64,000 nt of DNA from Anthoceros angustus (GCA_010909165.1 VJWM01000007.1:124001-188000); one strand, 5' to 3'. Counted from the stretch's first letter, positions 11,400-24,500 are shown. The notes: generated by a model from the sequence alone, not told the origin. A program made the numbers and translations.

Positions 11400-13330
11400 A
11401 TGCTTCCGGTGATGCGATGCTGTTGTTGCTTCTGGCGGATGCTGGTGTGCTTAGCGGATGCACCGCTTGGATGCTTTGAATTCCGTCAAGTCGATGTCGA
11501 TCTATCCGCCTTTCCGGCCGATGATCCACTACCACCTGCGGCGGCGGTGGGTTTACACTGAATCCAGTACCGGCGCACGCCTAACGCCTTCTAAACATAC
11601 TTGGTGCATTACCTTGTGGAAAACTCTGCCCATCATTTTTCGCAAGCCTGCGGTTCTTCACGGGCGCTTCCTGGCAAGCCACGATGTCAAAATTCTTGAT
11701 CACGGTGAGTAGACTCGGGCGACATTGGGGTCGAGTTTGAGCTGGTTTGTCTTGATGTACACAAAAATGACATACCCTTGGTCATCCTTCTCCACAGTGC
11801 GTGAACAAACAAAACCAAGACATGAGGGCTTTGAAGGCGGCTTGTCCACAGAGGTATGAAATACCAACCGTCTGCGGGCGTTGTTGCCTGATCCAACTCG
11901 CCGAGATATATCGAAAGGAGAGTTGTCACGAAGCATCATTCCGATCATGTCGATGCTTGCTTGTAAGGACTTTGGAAAGTTGCTCTAGTTGGGGCGTTGT
12001 CGTGGGGCGAGTTCACGGTGTCGGGGTATGCATCTTGATGCCTTGGATCGGTGGTCAGGTCTCCATGGGGCCTATGAATCAAAGGCTGCCGCTGGTCCGT
12101 TTTCTCCCGCTAGCGCTCCATCGGGTTTGGCGCCTTTTCGCTTCTGTTTGAGGGCCCATCATGCCAAACAACCCATTGTAGCAAGGAGATCATTGGACAT
12201 ATTAGCAAGTATAACATGAGGGAAGCACATAATTGTTGCAAGCATTAAGGATTGTCGAAGCGTCTGGCGCACATCAACGGGACCACGGTATGTTCTTCGT
12301 GAAACACGGATGGCTGTGAGGTTGGAGCGGTGTTGACCTTCAATGAAACCACGCGAATTGAAAGACACTCCGATTCCGCGGTCGAATCGAGGGATAAGAG
12401 ACAAATCATCGCTTTGTCCCTCTGCTCAATATATCCACCATCTCGGCTCGTTGGCGCCAAAATCGGTCTTCCAGCGTGGAGGAAGGTAGTATGACTATGT
12501 GGGGTCACGATGTGCAAGAGCGACTCGGCATCGTCGGCAATTCGCAATTCCACTCCGCATGGGAAATCATCCAATGCGATCGTCGCCAAGTTTAGCCTTC
12601 ATTCGCCGCTCAAAGGCACATCGGCAAAACAAGTAGTAAAGCATATTTATGAGAATATTCCATGTTTTGCCATCGGCTAAACATGTTTCGCCTTTTGCAT
12701 AACCTCGGCTCCTCGATCCTTGCAATCATTAAGGCAATTAACGAGACTTGACGGGATCAGAGCCATAATTGGACATATTAGCAAGTATAACATGAGGGAA
12801 GCACATAATTGCAAGCATTAAGGATTGTCGAAGCGATGCGGCGCACATCAACGGGACCACGGTATGTTCTTCGTGAAACACCGGATGGCACAGTGAGGTT
12901 GGAGCGGTGTTGACCTTCAATGAAACCACGCAATTGACACTCCGATTCCGCGCGGTCGAATCGAGGATAAGAGACAAATCATCGCTTTGTCCCTCGCTCA
13001 ATATATCCACCATCTCATCGGGTTGGCGCCAAAATCGGTCTTCCAGCGGTGGAGGAAGGTAGTATGACTATGTGGGGTCACGATGTGCAAGAGCGACTCG
13101 GCATCGTCGGCAATTACAATTCCACTCACGCATGGGAAATCATCCAATGCGATCGTCGCCAAGTTTAGCCTTCATTCGCGCTCAAAGGCACATCTGGCAA
13201 AACAAGTAGTAAAGCATATTTATGAGAATATTCCATGTTTTGCCATCTGGCTAAACATGTTTCGCCTTTTGCATAACCTCTGGCTCCTCGATCCTTGCAA
13301 TCTATTAAGGCAATTAACGAGACTTCGGCC
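11400..13330 (-). pseudogene. Unidentified minus-strand coding region in element A (5' exons of the MTase gene or a separate gene)
   Basis: Protein-like fragments (ORFs 12245..12589, 12159..12404, 11700..11948) with no motif I recognise. Confidence 0.35.
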
Positions 13331-13350
13331 GCCAGGATCTGTAGCCGCAA
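12195..13350. repeat. Tandem duplication (about 575 bp)
   Basis: 12195-12770 and 12770-13350 both begin TTGGACATATTAGCAAGTATAACATGAGGG and differ mostly by indels. Confidence 0.9.
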
Positions 13351-13493
13351 TTCAGACATCCGGCGTCAACTGTCATAATTGATTACGGAGCGGGCCCTGA
13401 GAGCTGGATACAAGTTTGAACATGTCTAGCTACGCGTCTTCCTGCTCGAGCACATTGTGAGCAGCACTTTCTTCTACTCTTTGGTAGCGCACA

Positions 13494-16400
13494 ATGGCCA
13501 GTGACCTCAGCGCAGAGGAAGAGTTCTTTGATTTGGTGAACGACAGACTAGTGACTGCTGATGAAGATCTCGGGCATGTGTCCGAGTCCGACATCGTGGA
13601 CTTGGCGGCAGGCGCTTCATCATGGACAACCAAGGGAACCGCGGGACGTCCGGTGAATGTCTGTCAGAAGAACGGCCACACATCGACTTGGATGACACCT
13701 GCGGTGGTATAGCGACGAGGTCGCAAGCGATGGAGACTTGTTTTGTTCGATCCTGGTGGACACGGAGCAGCGGCGCGATCGGCAAGAAATTGCAGACCAT
13801 GTGGATCGGCGGTGGCGCGTGCCGCCGTGAACAAGGCGGCGCCCTCGATATCCCTCCCGATATCCGCAATCTTGGCCCGCCTCGGCACTGCGCCAGTACC
13901 ATTTACCGGCTTGTTCAAGTCACCGTGCGAAGAAGTTGGCGAGGATGTTTTGCCCGGATCCAAATCCGGGCCAAGCGGGTGTGTCCCGCGCGAGAGGAGA
14001 CAAGGTGGCGCCTACAAGATCCGTGTGGGGTCGCAGGAGTATTTTCAACGTTGTGTTTCACCGCGAGCCTGGCCAAAATAGCCGGAATCGGAAAGCAGTG
14101 TTCTTTGGTCGCCTGTGGTGAGAAGGTCCATGGCATTGTTGATTTTGGTTTGGAGTTTGCGAGTGGGTGAAGGAGGTTACGGGAGTGGAAGGCGGGGAGA
14201 CCAAATGTGGTACGAGATCCGATTACCTTTGTTTGGAGAGGAGGCGAGCAGGCCTCTGGCAGTGCAATCTTGCTCTGCTAATCCCAAGTCGAGGGGTTGG
14301 AGTTGCAGTCTATGGATGGGGTTATGTGTTCCACCAAGAACCATCTTGCAAGGAATAAGGTGGACAATGTTTTGGCGGCAGTAGTCGGGCTATGTGCGGA
14401 GGAGGCGGTCTTGTGGGAGAAAGTGCATAGGAAAGTTGGGACATGGCGGGCTAAAAGCCGTCGCGCCTTTTTCGATGAGTAAGGGGGAGCAGGAACAGCA
14501 TTTGCAGGACCAGATTGATGTGATCGAAGATGACGAAACTGGTGTCGTGACCGGATGGTTGAACAAGCTACCACACGGAAAGGTTTCGGTGTGTGTGAGG
14601 GCATTTTGCCGTGTGTTTTGCATTGGGGCACTCCGGTATCGGAATGCTCAGACCCAAGTACAGAAGGGGACGAGGTTTGCCGCTGAGCCCAGACCAGGAA
14701 AAATACCTACTTCGTATGGTCTACAGTAATGTGGATGGATTTGTTTTCAAAGGAAATGTGGAAAGGCTACCCAATAGGGAAGTCTTTAACACCGATACAT
14801 TCACGAAGGAGGAGATTTATATTGAGTATGCTAGACAACGGTGAGAGCGATTACCGCACATGTATGTTCTGACTATTTACGCAAGTTGTGGATCGGCACT
14901 TGGTCTGTTAAAATACCAAGATCCAACCGCTTCTGCATGGCATGTGAGAAGTTAAAAGCTAAAATAAAAACGCCGGAGCAGCGAGCAAGGTACAACCGAG
15001 AATCCCTCTACCTTATCATCAGCACCGGATGTCCGGTGATTGGATGGCCGTGTCTTGGTAGAAGTGTGCGGCAAACCCTATGGCCTTAGGAGACTTAGGG
15101 TTTTGGCACGTATGACTTTGGGCCACAGCAGAACACTTGCGTTGTTGCGCGTGTGTCTTGATGGTGGCCCTTGTATGTGCGAGATAGAAGCGAACTCCTC
15201 AATTATCACCGGATCAACAACGGATGGAGCGGAGGAAAATGGCTTGCATCGCGGAAGTGTATGGCTCAACCGACCAAGTACATAGGGATTGCGATAGATG
15301 GTATGGACCAGAAAAAAACTGAGTTGCCTCATTTCCGTAGAGTGCCCAAAGAGTGCTGCCCTAATCTCTGTCCATGTGGTTGGGGTTTTGGTGTTCAACA
15401 AATTCATGCGCACTTATGTGTACCTAAGCTACCCCAATATTCGGAATGATCCTAACGGCACAATTGCTGTAATCCAGCATTTGATTAATTTGTGGGAGGG
15501 GCAATTGCCTGAAACTCTTTACTGCGGATGGACAATACTGGCTCGAACAAGAACCGAGGAGGTGTTGGCGTATTGCGATGTTGGTGTCCATTGGTATTTT
15601 AAGAAGGTTAAAGTGGGGTTTCTCATTGTTGGCCATACCCATGATCGATTGATCAAATGTTTTCCGTTTTTACATTGTCTTGAACTTGAAGAGGCATACA
15701 CATTGCGGAGTTGATTGCTTGCTTGGAGAGGGCTTATACTCCTCAAGGTCCATCTCATGAAGGAGGTGCCGATTTTAAGCAATATTTATAACGCCGAGGT
15801 TCTCCCGCAACGTCTGATCTACACAACCAGTTTTCAACATCAATTTAAGGTCACTCGGGAGGAGTTGCCTAGTCATGAGTTTGTGGCGGTCTTTGAGGTG
15901 CAAGCAATTTTCCACGGCTTCACGGACCCCGGATGGTGGTGTTCAAACGGATGGAGTGCCGAGAGGGAGATTGTTGCGGCTCCACTGGTACCACGCATGT
16001 GAGGCGAAGGGCAAGGAGCATCCACATGTATGTCTGGCAGGCTATGGGTGAGTGGAAGACAATAGGCGGTTAAGAACTTCCACAATCTTCAATGCGTTAA
16101 AATATCTTGGTGGGATGGTTTTGGGAGGAGCGATTGGCAATAGCGGGTTTAGTAGCGTCGGTCATCTTCGTCCATTGGAAACGCATGGACATGGTATAAC
16201 CGGAAGCGCATGCTCAAGAACCTCCGTGATGTTTCGGACAGTAGTGGTGGATGCAGACACTAGAATATTTGACAGACCCAGAGATTTATCGGTGCCCTGG
16301 CGGAGCAGTTGGAACAACAAGCCAGAGGATCTATTACTGAGATCCAAGCAGGCATGATGATTGCGGTCCAGGCTGCAGATGACCCTGAGGGCCGGCCTTT

Positions 16401-16663
16401 CTAGCTACAAGGTTGTGGAGGTGGACCATGAAGCTGCTGACCTGCTAGCACAAATCCACTGGTGGCGCACAGAAAACCCTAATGCACTTGAGGGTAGGTA
16501 CTCGGAGGAATGGGTGCCGAGTACCCACCAGTCACGGAAAGGTAGGCGCGAATCCTTTGAAGAAACATGTCCAAGCCATCAAGCTTTTGGAGATTCGATC
16601 ATGGGTTACGATTTTGTGTTGACGAGGAGCAGGACTTTAAGCAAAACACCATGGATATGTTGA
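13494..16663 (+). pseudogene. Sola-like (DUF7869-type) DDE transposase A, with an intron at about 14990-15183
   Basis: VCVRAFCRVF; VKIPRSNRFC..CEKLK; YIGIAIDGMDQKKT (15284-15320); (M)DNT..ENKN (about 15525-15555); GFLIVGHTHD (about 15615-15645); C-terminal GMMIAVQAADDPEGRPF..KVVEVD..IHWW. Confidence 0.8.
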
Positions 16664-19002
16664 AGAGGAAGGTCTTTGAGTTATGGCGAGCCTAGTGAGG
16701 CGGTGCTTCCTCCCTGTTGATGGTGATGGCGGTGATGAGCGGATTGATTCGGAAGACTGGACAACATTGAATCCTCGATGCATCTGTTGATTATTTGGTG
16801 GACTTGATGGCGGTGTGGACTCGTGAGAGCGGATCCTAACCCACCTAGAATTAATTTTGATGTTGGTCGGGAGAGAGGCGAGGTCATAGCGGTGATTTCT
16901 AGTTATGTGAAGGTGGTTTGTTTTATTAGGATGTGTGCTCCTCTTTTGGAGTGTTGGCAAATGGTTGAGTCTCTGGCTTCTCCACGGACATCCGGGACTT
17001 GTTATAACACGTATCATGTTTTGTAAGGTTTCACACTTGTCGGTGTATGGCACAGTGTACCGTTTTTGAGTGCGTCGATGGATTCGACAATTGTATGTAG
17101 GATGGGAAGGAATGGGGAGAGACGGGCGTAAACCCTCCTCCGGCCGGTACTCCCTCTTGCCCTCACTCTTCTTTTATTTTCCATCACGCTCCAAGAGCTG
17201 CGCTTGCCGTGGTTGGCGATCTGGCGGCTCGAGTGCCACCGGGGTGAGCGGGCGTGGTGGCCTTGGGTGGCAGCGAGTGGTGCGTGTTGGTTGAGGAGGA
17301 CTGCCATTTGCAGGCGCTATCGGGAGATTGGAGCAGTGGCAAAGGTTTCGCCTGCAGGCTGGTGCATTGGTCTTGGCGCACCGCTTCTGGTGGTGCTCGC
17401 CACTCGCTGGTGCAATGACTGCCTGCTACTAACCTGGACTTGTGGCACCCCGCCTTTGTGCAGGCTAGTTCTCCACGATTGCGATGAGAACGAGGGGCGG
17501 CGGCTACCAGTCACCCCCACGGGTGACATCTCACATCGCAGTGAGGGCTAGGAGGAAGACCTCCTCGGTGGGGCCTCGCAGGGTCCAACACGCGAGGCAA
17601 TGTCGCTGTTGGCGATCCGGGCTTCAGTGGCACCGTTTTCCTCACCCCAAGCTGTTGGTTCGGAAGGGAGGTGGGTGTCGGTGGCCTTAAGGGAGCCGCT
17701 AGGTGTGGACCCCTTCCGAGGGATGAGGGTGGAAAGCCAAGGGATATAACCGTGACCTCTCACTTGGGGAGGAGGTGAAGACAGTGAAAGGAGCTTGATT
17801 CGACCATATTTGGCGGTGAAGCCGGAGATGCGGGAGTTGTCTGAGGAGTTGGATGCGAAGGCACGTATGGGCGAGAAGGAGGCGAGGGAGCTAGCCTGGT
17901 GATGGTCGCAGCAGGCCGCGAGCCTTGGCGGTGGAGGAGGCGGCCGTGAGCGGGAGTGAGGATGGCAAGTATGGTTTCGCCTTCGAGATTCTTGCCATGA
18001 TGTTTACATCACGCTGTTGCTTGTGGTTGTGTTCTCTTGCGGATATTTGATGGTGTTGATGCAGGTGCTAAATGGCACATCTGGTTTGACCGCTAGTGTT
18101 GGTTTCTTGTTCGGTGGTGCATTCGGTAGAGAGTGTAAACGGAGACTAGCCTAGGAATGAGCACTATTGATTTTGGTTTCTATAGCGGATGCTCACTCAA
18201 TCGGAATAGTGCTTTTGTTGAATCCTTTACACACACTTTGGTCTTTGACGTGGTACATCGTTTAAAGCATGGTCAATATGGGCATTGTGGGCTGGTGCTC
18301 ACCGGACATCCGGGTTTTTATTGCTTTCTTCGCCTTGTCCCGTTCGACTTTCTTCATGACGACTTGGCGGTGTTTAAGCTATCCCTTTTATAAGTAAATC
18401 AGCACTGGCTCCTATGGTCTAGTGTGTTGGGTTTTAAGCTCGCCTTGTGTCGTGTATTTGGATGGCAAATGCGTAGAAGGCGATTAGTTAGTTTACATTT
18501 GGCTAAATTATACATCTAATTCACCACTTGGATACCAAATGACATGTGTTGATGCATTTGTTGTATTATGTATAGTGACATGTAGAGACATATTGAACTT
18601 GAACTTTCACGTTGCCACATATTTAAAGACACCGTTCGGGGATGTCCGGACATGAGGGGCATGTGAAGGAAATGAAATGTATCCACAACATTAGTCTCGT
18701 CTGGACTTTGACCCTTAGTACATATATTCAAAAGCGTCACAAACTTGGCGATTTTGAAAGACTAACCGATTTTGGAAAAGTGTCCTTGAAAGTCGCGGGT
18801 ATTTTCAAACTTGATCCAACCGAGGACCATTATTTGCAAGATCAAATGGCATGATAAAGCTAGAAATGGTGTTATGAAAAACCAGGTTATCTGCGATGTG
18901 TGTTTTGACCCTTGTGTGGAAAAACCCACGAAATCACGATTTGATTTGATTTCAAATGTAAAATTTGGTCATTTCGACCTCTGTCTCTAAAAAGAGGGGT
19001 GT

Positions 19003-19041
19003 GTCTCCAGGTCTTAGGAGACCTTGTTGATCGCGATCGGC
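19003..19041 (-). repeat. Right terminal inverted repeat of element A
   Basis: Reverse complement GCCGATCGCGATCAACAAGGTCTCCTAAGACCTGGAGAC. Confidence 0.75.
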
Positions 19042-21351
19042 CTTCGCCGTGGCCTCCGCCTCCTTGGCCACCTTCACCTGAGCCTCTCGACAGCTGGTCG
19101 GTCAGGCTGCCTCACTTGATCCGCGCCCATTCTGCTTGCGCCCGGGCGCCCTCCGCTTCCTGCTGCGCTACGCCCCTCTGCCTGCAGAGGTCCTCCGCCA
19201 GCTTGGGCCTCCTTGGCTGCCCTTGTCCTCCGGTGAAGGAATTTAGTCCGATCCTTGCGGATGGACCACCTCCCTCTCGCCTCGGCGGCGTTTCCCTCCT
19301 CAATCCGGCCGAGAGCTTGGCCTTCCTTCTCGCCTCTGGGCTCCCTCCAGCTGCTCTGGAGGTACCATGCGCCTCGGGTGGCTTCTACCTCTGGGTCTTC
19401 TCGGCCATCCCGCGAGACCCCAGGCATACCGTCCATGGCGGTGGCAGGACCCCGCCGTGTTTCTTCCACGGCGGCTAGTGAGCTCCCACAAAGTCCGTGG
19501 CGGGGCCGGCATCTCACGGTCCGCCAAGGACCTCCATACCGCATCGAGTAGAGTCGGGTGGGTTCTCGGACCTAATCGGGACCCTTAGGTCACGAGTCTT
19601 GGCTCAGCTTCTCCCTCCTTGGCCCTTTTGGCGCGAGCTCCTTCTCGCCCTTTTTCTCACAGGGCTCGGAGGAGGTGAGTCAGGAGCAAGCCTTTTGCCC
19701 CTTCACATCGGCAGGACCCGCCGTGTTTCTTCCACGGCGGCTGCTGTGAGGCTCCCACAAAGTCCGTGGCGGGGCCGGCATCTCACGGTCCGCCAAGGAC
19801 CTCCATACTTGTCCGGAGTAAGTCGGGTGGGTTCTCGGACCTAATCGGGACCCTTAGGTCACGAGTCTTGGCTCGGGCTTCCCTCCTTGGCCCTTTTGGC
19901 GCGAGCTCCTTCTCGCCCTTTTTCTCACAGGGCTCGGAGGAGGTGAGTCAGGAGCAAGCCTTTTGCCCCTTCACAGCCGGGGCCGGCTCGAGTGCTGCAG
20001 TGTCCTCCTGCTCCACAGGCGTCCCTTCGCCCTCCTTCTTGCTTCCTCCGCTTCTTGCCACTCAGGTAGGCGGGGTAGAATCTTGGCACCGGCAGGTGCA
20101 GCGTTGGTGGCGTGGTCTTGCGTCTCTTGGCTCCCTCACAGTCCGTGGGGCTCCTCGGTAGGAGTGGTGGCGGTGGGCTGGCAGTTGGGGCCGCTTCTGC
20201 AGTTGCTGGTTGGGGCACGGGGAGGAGGCGGAATTTCTTCCATACTTCCACAGGTGGTGAGGGGTCCGTTCACGGGTGTAGAGTCGGAATCCTCGATCGT
20301 CCTCCTCCGTCCGTTTGGCTTTCGATCGGCCTCCTCCTCGGCGCCCTTGCCGCTCCACTTGGCGAGCCTCAGTCCTTCCGGGCGCTCGCTCAAGCTCTCC
20401 TTCCTTGAGGAGCTCAATGCCCCATACATGGATCGGTATGGGGCGGCCCAGATGGCGAGGCTTCTCGGTCCACGAGCTTGCGAGCCTCTGGCTAAAGGTG
20501 AATAATCCTTCCCCGGTCCGCCCTCTTCCCCGGCAGCGCATGCGGGAATACCAGTGATTATCACCAAGGTGATCCACCTTGGTAGTAGGTTCGATGGACA
20601 ATGATCCGCGCCTTACTGTTATCAGCGGTCGGATGTCGACCAACCGTTGGTGGTCCGCGTCGAGCCTCGGCGCCATGTTGGTGGCCCTATCTTCCCGCCG
20701 CCTTGAGGGGCTCGGCACCCTCCCCTCTTCCTCCTTTGGGCGGTTGTAGGCGCCTCGGGACCTCAAGGTCCATCGCCTTGGGTCCTCCGGAGGTTCTTGG
20801 ACCGCACCTCCTTATTGACCGCCACATTTCCGGGCGAACTCCGGACGGTGACACTATCGAATGTCGGACCATGGAACACATCTAAATGCCACTCCTGCAC
20901 CAATTCTCACCTTCCTGGGCCGGGGCCCAAAGTCCGGATAGCGCGGGTCACAATGTTGCGCTCCACAAGGTTCCATGACTCCCAAACTTCCATGAGCTTT
21001 TGGGTGCCATCGCCTTCTCCTCCCTTGGTTCTTTGTAGCCGCTTGTCGGAGACCCGGCACGTTGCGCCTTCTTGGCGCGTTCGTGCTCCGACCTCAGCGG
21101 TGAGCCGCGGGATGTCCCAGGTGTCCCACGAGATACGCCGAGAGAGGTGCGGGCGCAAGAGATCGCGAATTGTCTCGAGTGTCCCACGAGATACCGCCCG
21201 GAAGGCCGTGCGGGCGCAAGAGATCGCGGTGTCTCGAGGCCTTCCTTGACGCTCGCCGGGAGTAACGGCCCAGGCGGAGGCGCCTCTTCCACATCCGTAG
21301 CGCGGTACGCATGGCTTGACCTTACGCCTCCGCTTACTGCGGCCTTCGCCG
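19042..21351 (-). pseudogene. Gypsy-family accessory ORF, N-terminal part (host of element A)
   Basis: Homologous in reverse orientation to 60000-60860 (LVE[RK]NIVT.RYPDFGP; shared CACCAAGGT.G.CCACCTTGGT), which lies downstream of a gypsy integrase. Confidence 0.65.
19443..19975. repeat. Tandem duplication (about 267 bp)
   Basis: Units start GGCAGGACCC(C)GCCGTGTTTCTTCCACGGCGGC at 19443 and 19710 and end GCCCCTTCACA. Confidence 0.9.
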
Positions 21352-21510
21352 CGCATACTCTGGCCTTCTGCCGCGGTCCGTAGCGTGAATACCTGCTATA
21401 ACGGCCTCTGGCAAGGTTACGGTCCTGGCCAGCTGCATGCCCGTTCTCCACTCAGAGTCGCCCACGTGGCGTCGCCTGGTCCGTTCCCACGGCTCAACTT
21501 GTGAGTTACT
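21352..21510 (+). repeat. Direct repeat (about 150 bp) flanking the copia complex; partner at 30223-30367
   Basis: CGCATACT...GCGTGAATAC(C)TGCTATAACGGCCTC...GGCTCAAC...GAGTTACT occurs on both sides. Confidence 0.85.
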
Positions 21511-24500
21511 TGAAAAGGTATACTTGGGTGATGAGAGTGTGGGGAGTAGTCTTCAGATCCTTGGTAGAGGAGTCTGTAAGTTTCCCCTACACGACGATAG
21601 TGTGTTAGTTCTTCCCGACGTCTTGTATGTACCAAAGATGGCTAAGAATTTGATGTCACTTAGCAAATTGATGAAGATGAAGGATCTAGTCCTTACCGTC
21701 TCGAGATGGCGCTTGTTGTTTCTCTAGGCGTAGTGCTCCAAACATTTGTATCTTCAAAGCCTTTGTAGATTGATTGTACCGTCTAGACATTTTACGCCTC
21801 CGTAGGCTGACAAGCATTTTCTACGGTTGGCGACCTCACAATTTGTCCTGAGCGGTATGGCATGCGCCTTAGCCATGCTAAGAACTAAACTCATTGATAT
21901 CTCTAAGCGGGACTACTATCGTGAGCCTCTTCCACGTTGTTTTAATGAGCTCCCCATTTGTGAAGTTTGCACTCTTGCCAAGCAACGAGACTCCCTTTCA
22001 AGAGCACACACGAGGTCAACATCGATCCTCGACTTAGTGCATTCGGACATATCAGGCGGGCTACAAACTCGGTCACTAGGTGGTGCAACCTATTATTTGA
22101 CATTAAGCCGGCGACTATAAGGTATCGTGGACATACCCTATGCATCATAAGAGTGATACATTTTCTATCTTCAAGGATTGGTTAACCATGGTGCGGCGTA
22201 AGGCAGTGGATTTGCTAAAGCTTTTCGGGTGACAACGGTGGTGAATTTGTGAGCCATGCCTTCACGGAGTTCTGGCCGGCCAAGGCATTATTCATCGACT
22301 TATCGTTCCATATACTGACAAAATGGGGTCATGAGCGAAGAATCAAACATTGATGGGAATGGCGAGATCAATGCTCTTGTGGTCGGGATTACCTTCTCCA
22401 TATTGGGAAGGCAGTTACTACATATATACTCAACAGACTTCCATCACATTGGTCACGGTATCGCCTTTGAGAGATTACGGAAGAAAACCAAGTATCATGC
22501 ATCTTAGCATCTTTGGTTCGAAAGCTTATGCATACGCCTGCGAGAGAAGGCGTAAACTCGACAATCGTTCAAAGGGGTTAGTATTTGTTGGAGTGCAATG
22601 AAATTGCTAAAGCCTACAAACTCATTGATCAGACACCTTACGACCAAGCGCGGAGTGTGACCTTTCAGAACATTGGAGCCACCAATCACGAGGGCGGCGT
22701 TTTTGCACACTCAACATGATGGTAACTTGACATTAGCGGAGGAACATTCGACTACCACGATGATGTTGATGGAAATCTGCTCGAGATATTCCACCTTGCA
22801 ACTGTACATCCCATGTCTTTGCCTCACGGCCTGGAACCCACCAATTCCGGTGGCCTGACCAACGGATCTTGATCCTCCGATTCTTTGATGCACAAGTAGA
22901 TGCACTATGCGATGCTGAAAATTCGATCATGAACAACACGAGAACCCGAAAATCATGTAGACTCGATTGACACAGTTCTTCTCATGCCTACGATTACTGG
23001 CGATGAGAATGACCATTTACGAAGAGAATGCTCCTCAGCGGTCGTCGATCCACCGTGTACGCGTCCTCCATCGAATGGATAGAGCCCCTTACACATCCAT
23101 CGACTTTGCAAGTCGGTGGGGTTTGCACACCGCTGTCACAATGCCTCCTTGCCATCATCCCTCACAGAACTGTCACCCTCAAAGAAGCATTTCGGTCGAG
23201 ATAGGGATAAGTGGAAATCTGTGATGGATGATGAATTTAATAGCCTCATCTGAGAATGGTACGAAACTTGTTCCTCGACCAAAGGCGTAAACCCATAACA
23301 TGCAAATGGGTATTTAAGCATAAATTAGATGCTAATGGCAACATAGCAAGATATAAAGCGAGGCTGCCACGTGGGTTCACGCAAATACGGTCCGACTTTC
23401 AAGAGACCTTCTCTCCGGTGTACGCTCTCAATCAATCCGTCTTATGCTTGCTTTAGGCTGCGTGATTTTGAGCTGCGGCGAGATGGATGTGGCGGCCTTC
23501 TTGCATGGAATTTTGGAGGAAGAGCTGTATGGAGCGGCCGAAGGATACGAAGATCCGATCATCCGAGACTATGTATGTCGACTTATCAAATGCATATATG
23601 GTCTTAAACAAAGCAGGCGTTGGAATGCAAAATTTGGATACATGCGAAGGGGCTGGGCTTTCGCGAGCCCTGCTGATCCCTCTGTTTATATCTATGATGA
23701 TGGCACCTCCTATGTACTGCTTGCCGTTTATGTTGATGATGCAATCTTTGCTGGCAATGACACACAACTGTTAGCACGAGTACAAGACATGCTGCGAACC
23801 GAGTTTGAAATGACGGATGTTGGGGAACTGAAATTTTGTCTTGGAATTCAAGTGTTGAGGATACGTGAAGAGGGCCTGTTGATCATACACCAGCGCAAGT
23901 ATATTTCAGAAATCCTTCAACGCTTCAATATGACCAATGCACATCCCGCCAATACACCTTGTGCAAGTGTGAAGCTGTGATCCCCATCTCGCGGACATTG
24001 CCATATGAAAGATGTTCCCTCTACGCTTGCTTGGCGTTTGCTATTGTGAGCAATTGACCCGGCGGATATCACATATCTGTTACAGCTTCACAGTTCTGGA
24101 ATGCGCCGTAATCATGGGCGCCATCAAGCGAGTATTTCGTTATTTGAAGGAACACATCATTATGGCTTATGCTACAAGAAGCAGGAGTGACACCTACCTT
24201 GTCATTGCCTTTGGGCATCTGATGGGGATACACGCAAGAGCTTGTCAACATATGTGTTCTTCTTATCCTCTGTAGCTGTCACATGGAGTTGTAAGAAACA
24301 AAGCAGGATCGCCCTTTCAAGTACTGAAGCTGAATACAAATGCCTTCTGACATCTTGCGAAGAAGGCGAGTGGGCACGTTCCTTCCTCTCCTCGGTTCAT
24401 TGTGACGGTATCACCCTCATCTTTGTATTGTGATAACCAATGCGCCTTAGCCCTTGTTGATCGTCCTAGGTTTCACTGGGAAGCATATAAGTGCACACCA

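Larger units (their letters stand above)
6976..19041. mobile_element. Element A: about 12-kb TIR DNA transposon with Sola-like transposase and a ParB-like/DNA amino-methyltransferase gene
   Basis: 39-bp inverted termini (34/39 identical); internal DDE transposase and MTase motifs; the flanks rejoin into one coiled-coil ORF. Confidence 0.8.

Noticed and set aside
12245-12589. Ulp1/C48 protease-like ORF
   Set aside because: Could not find the H-W...D...Q-x-N-x-x-D-C catalytic pattern
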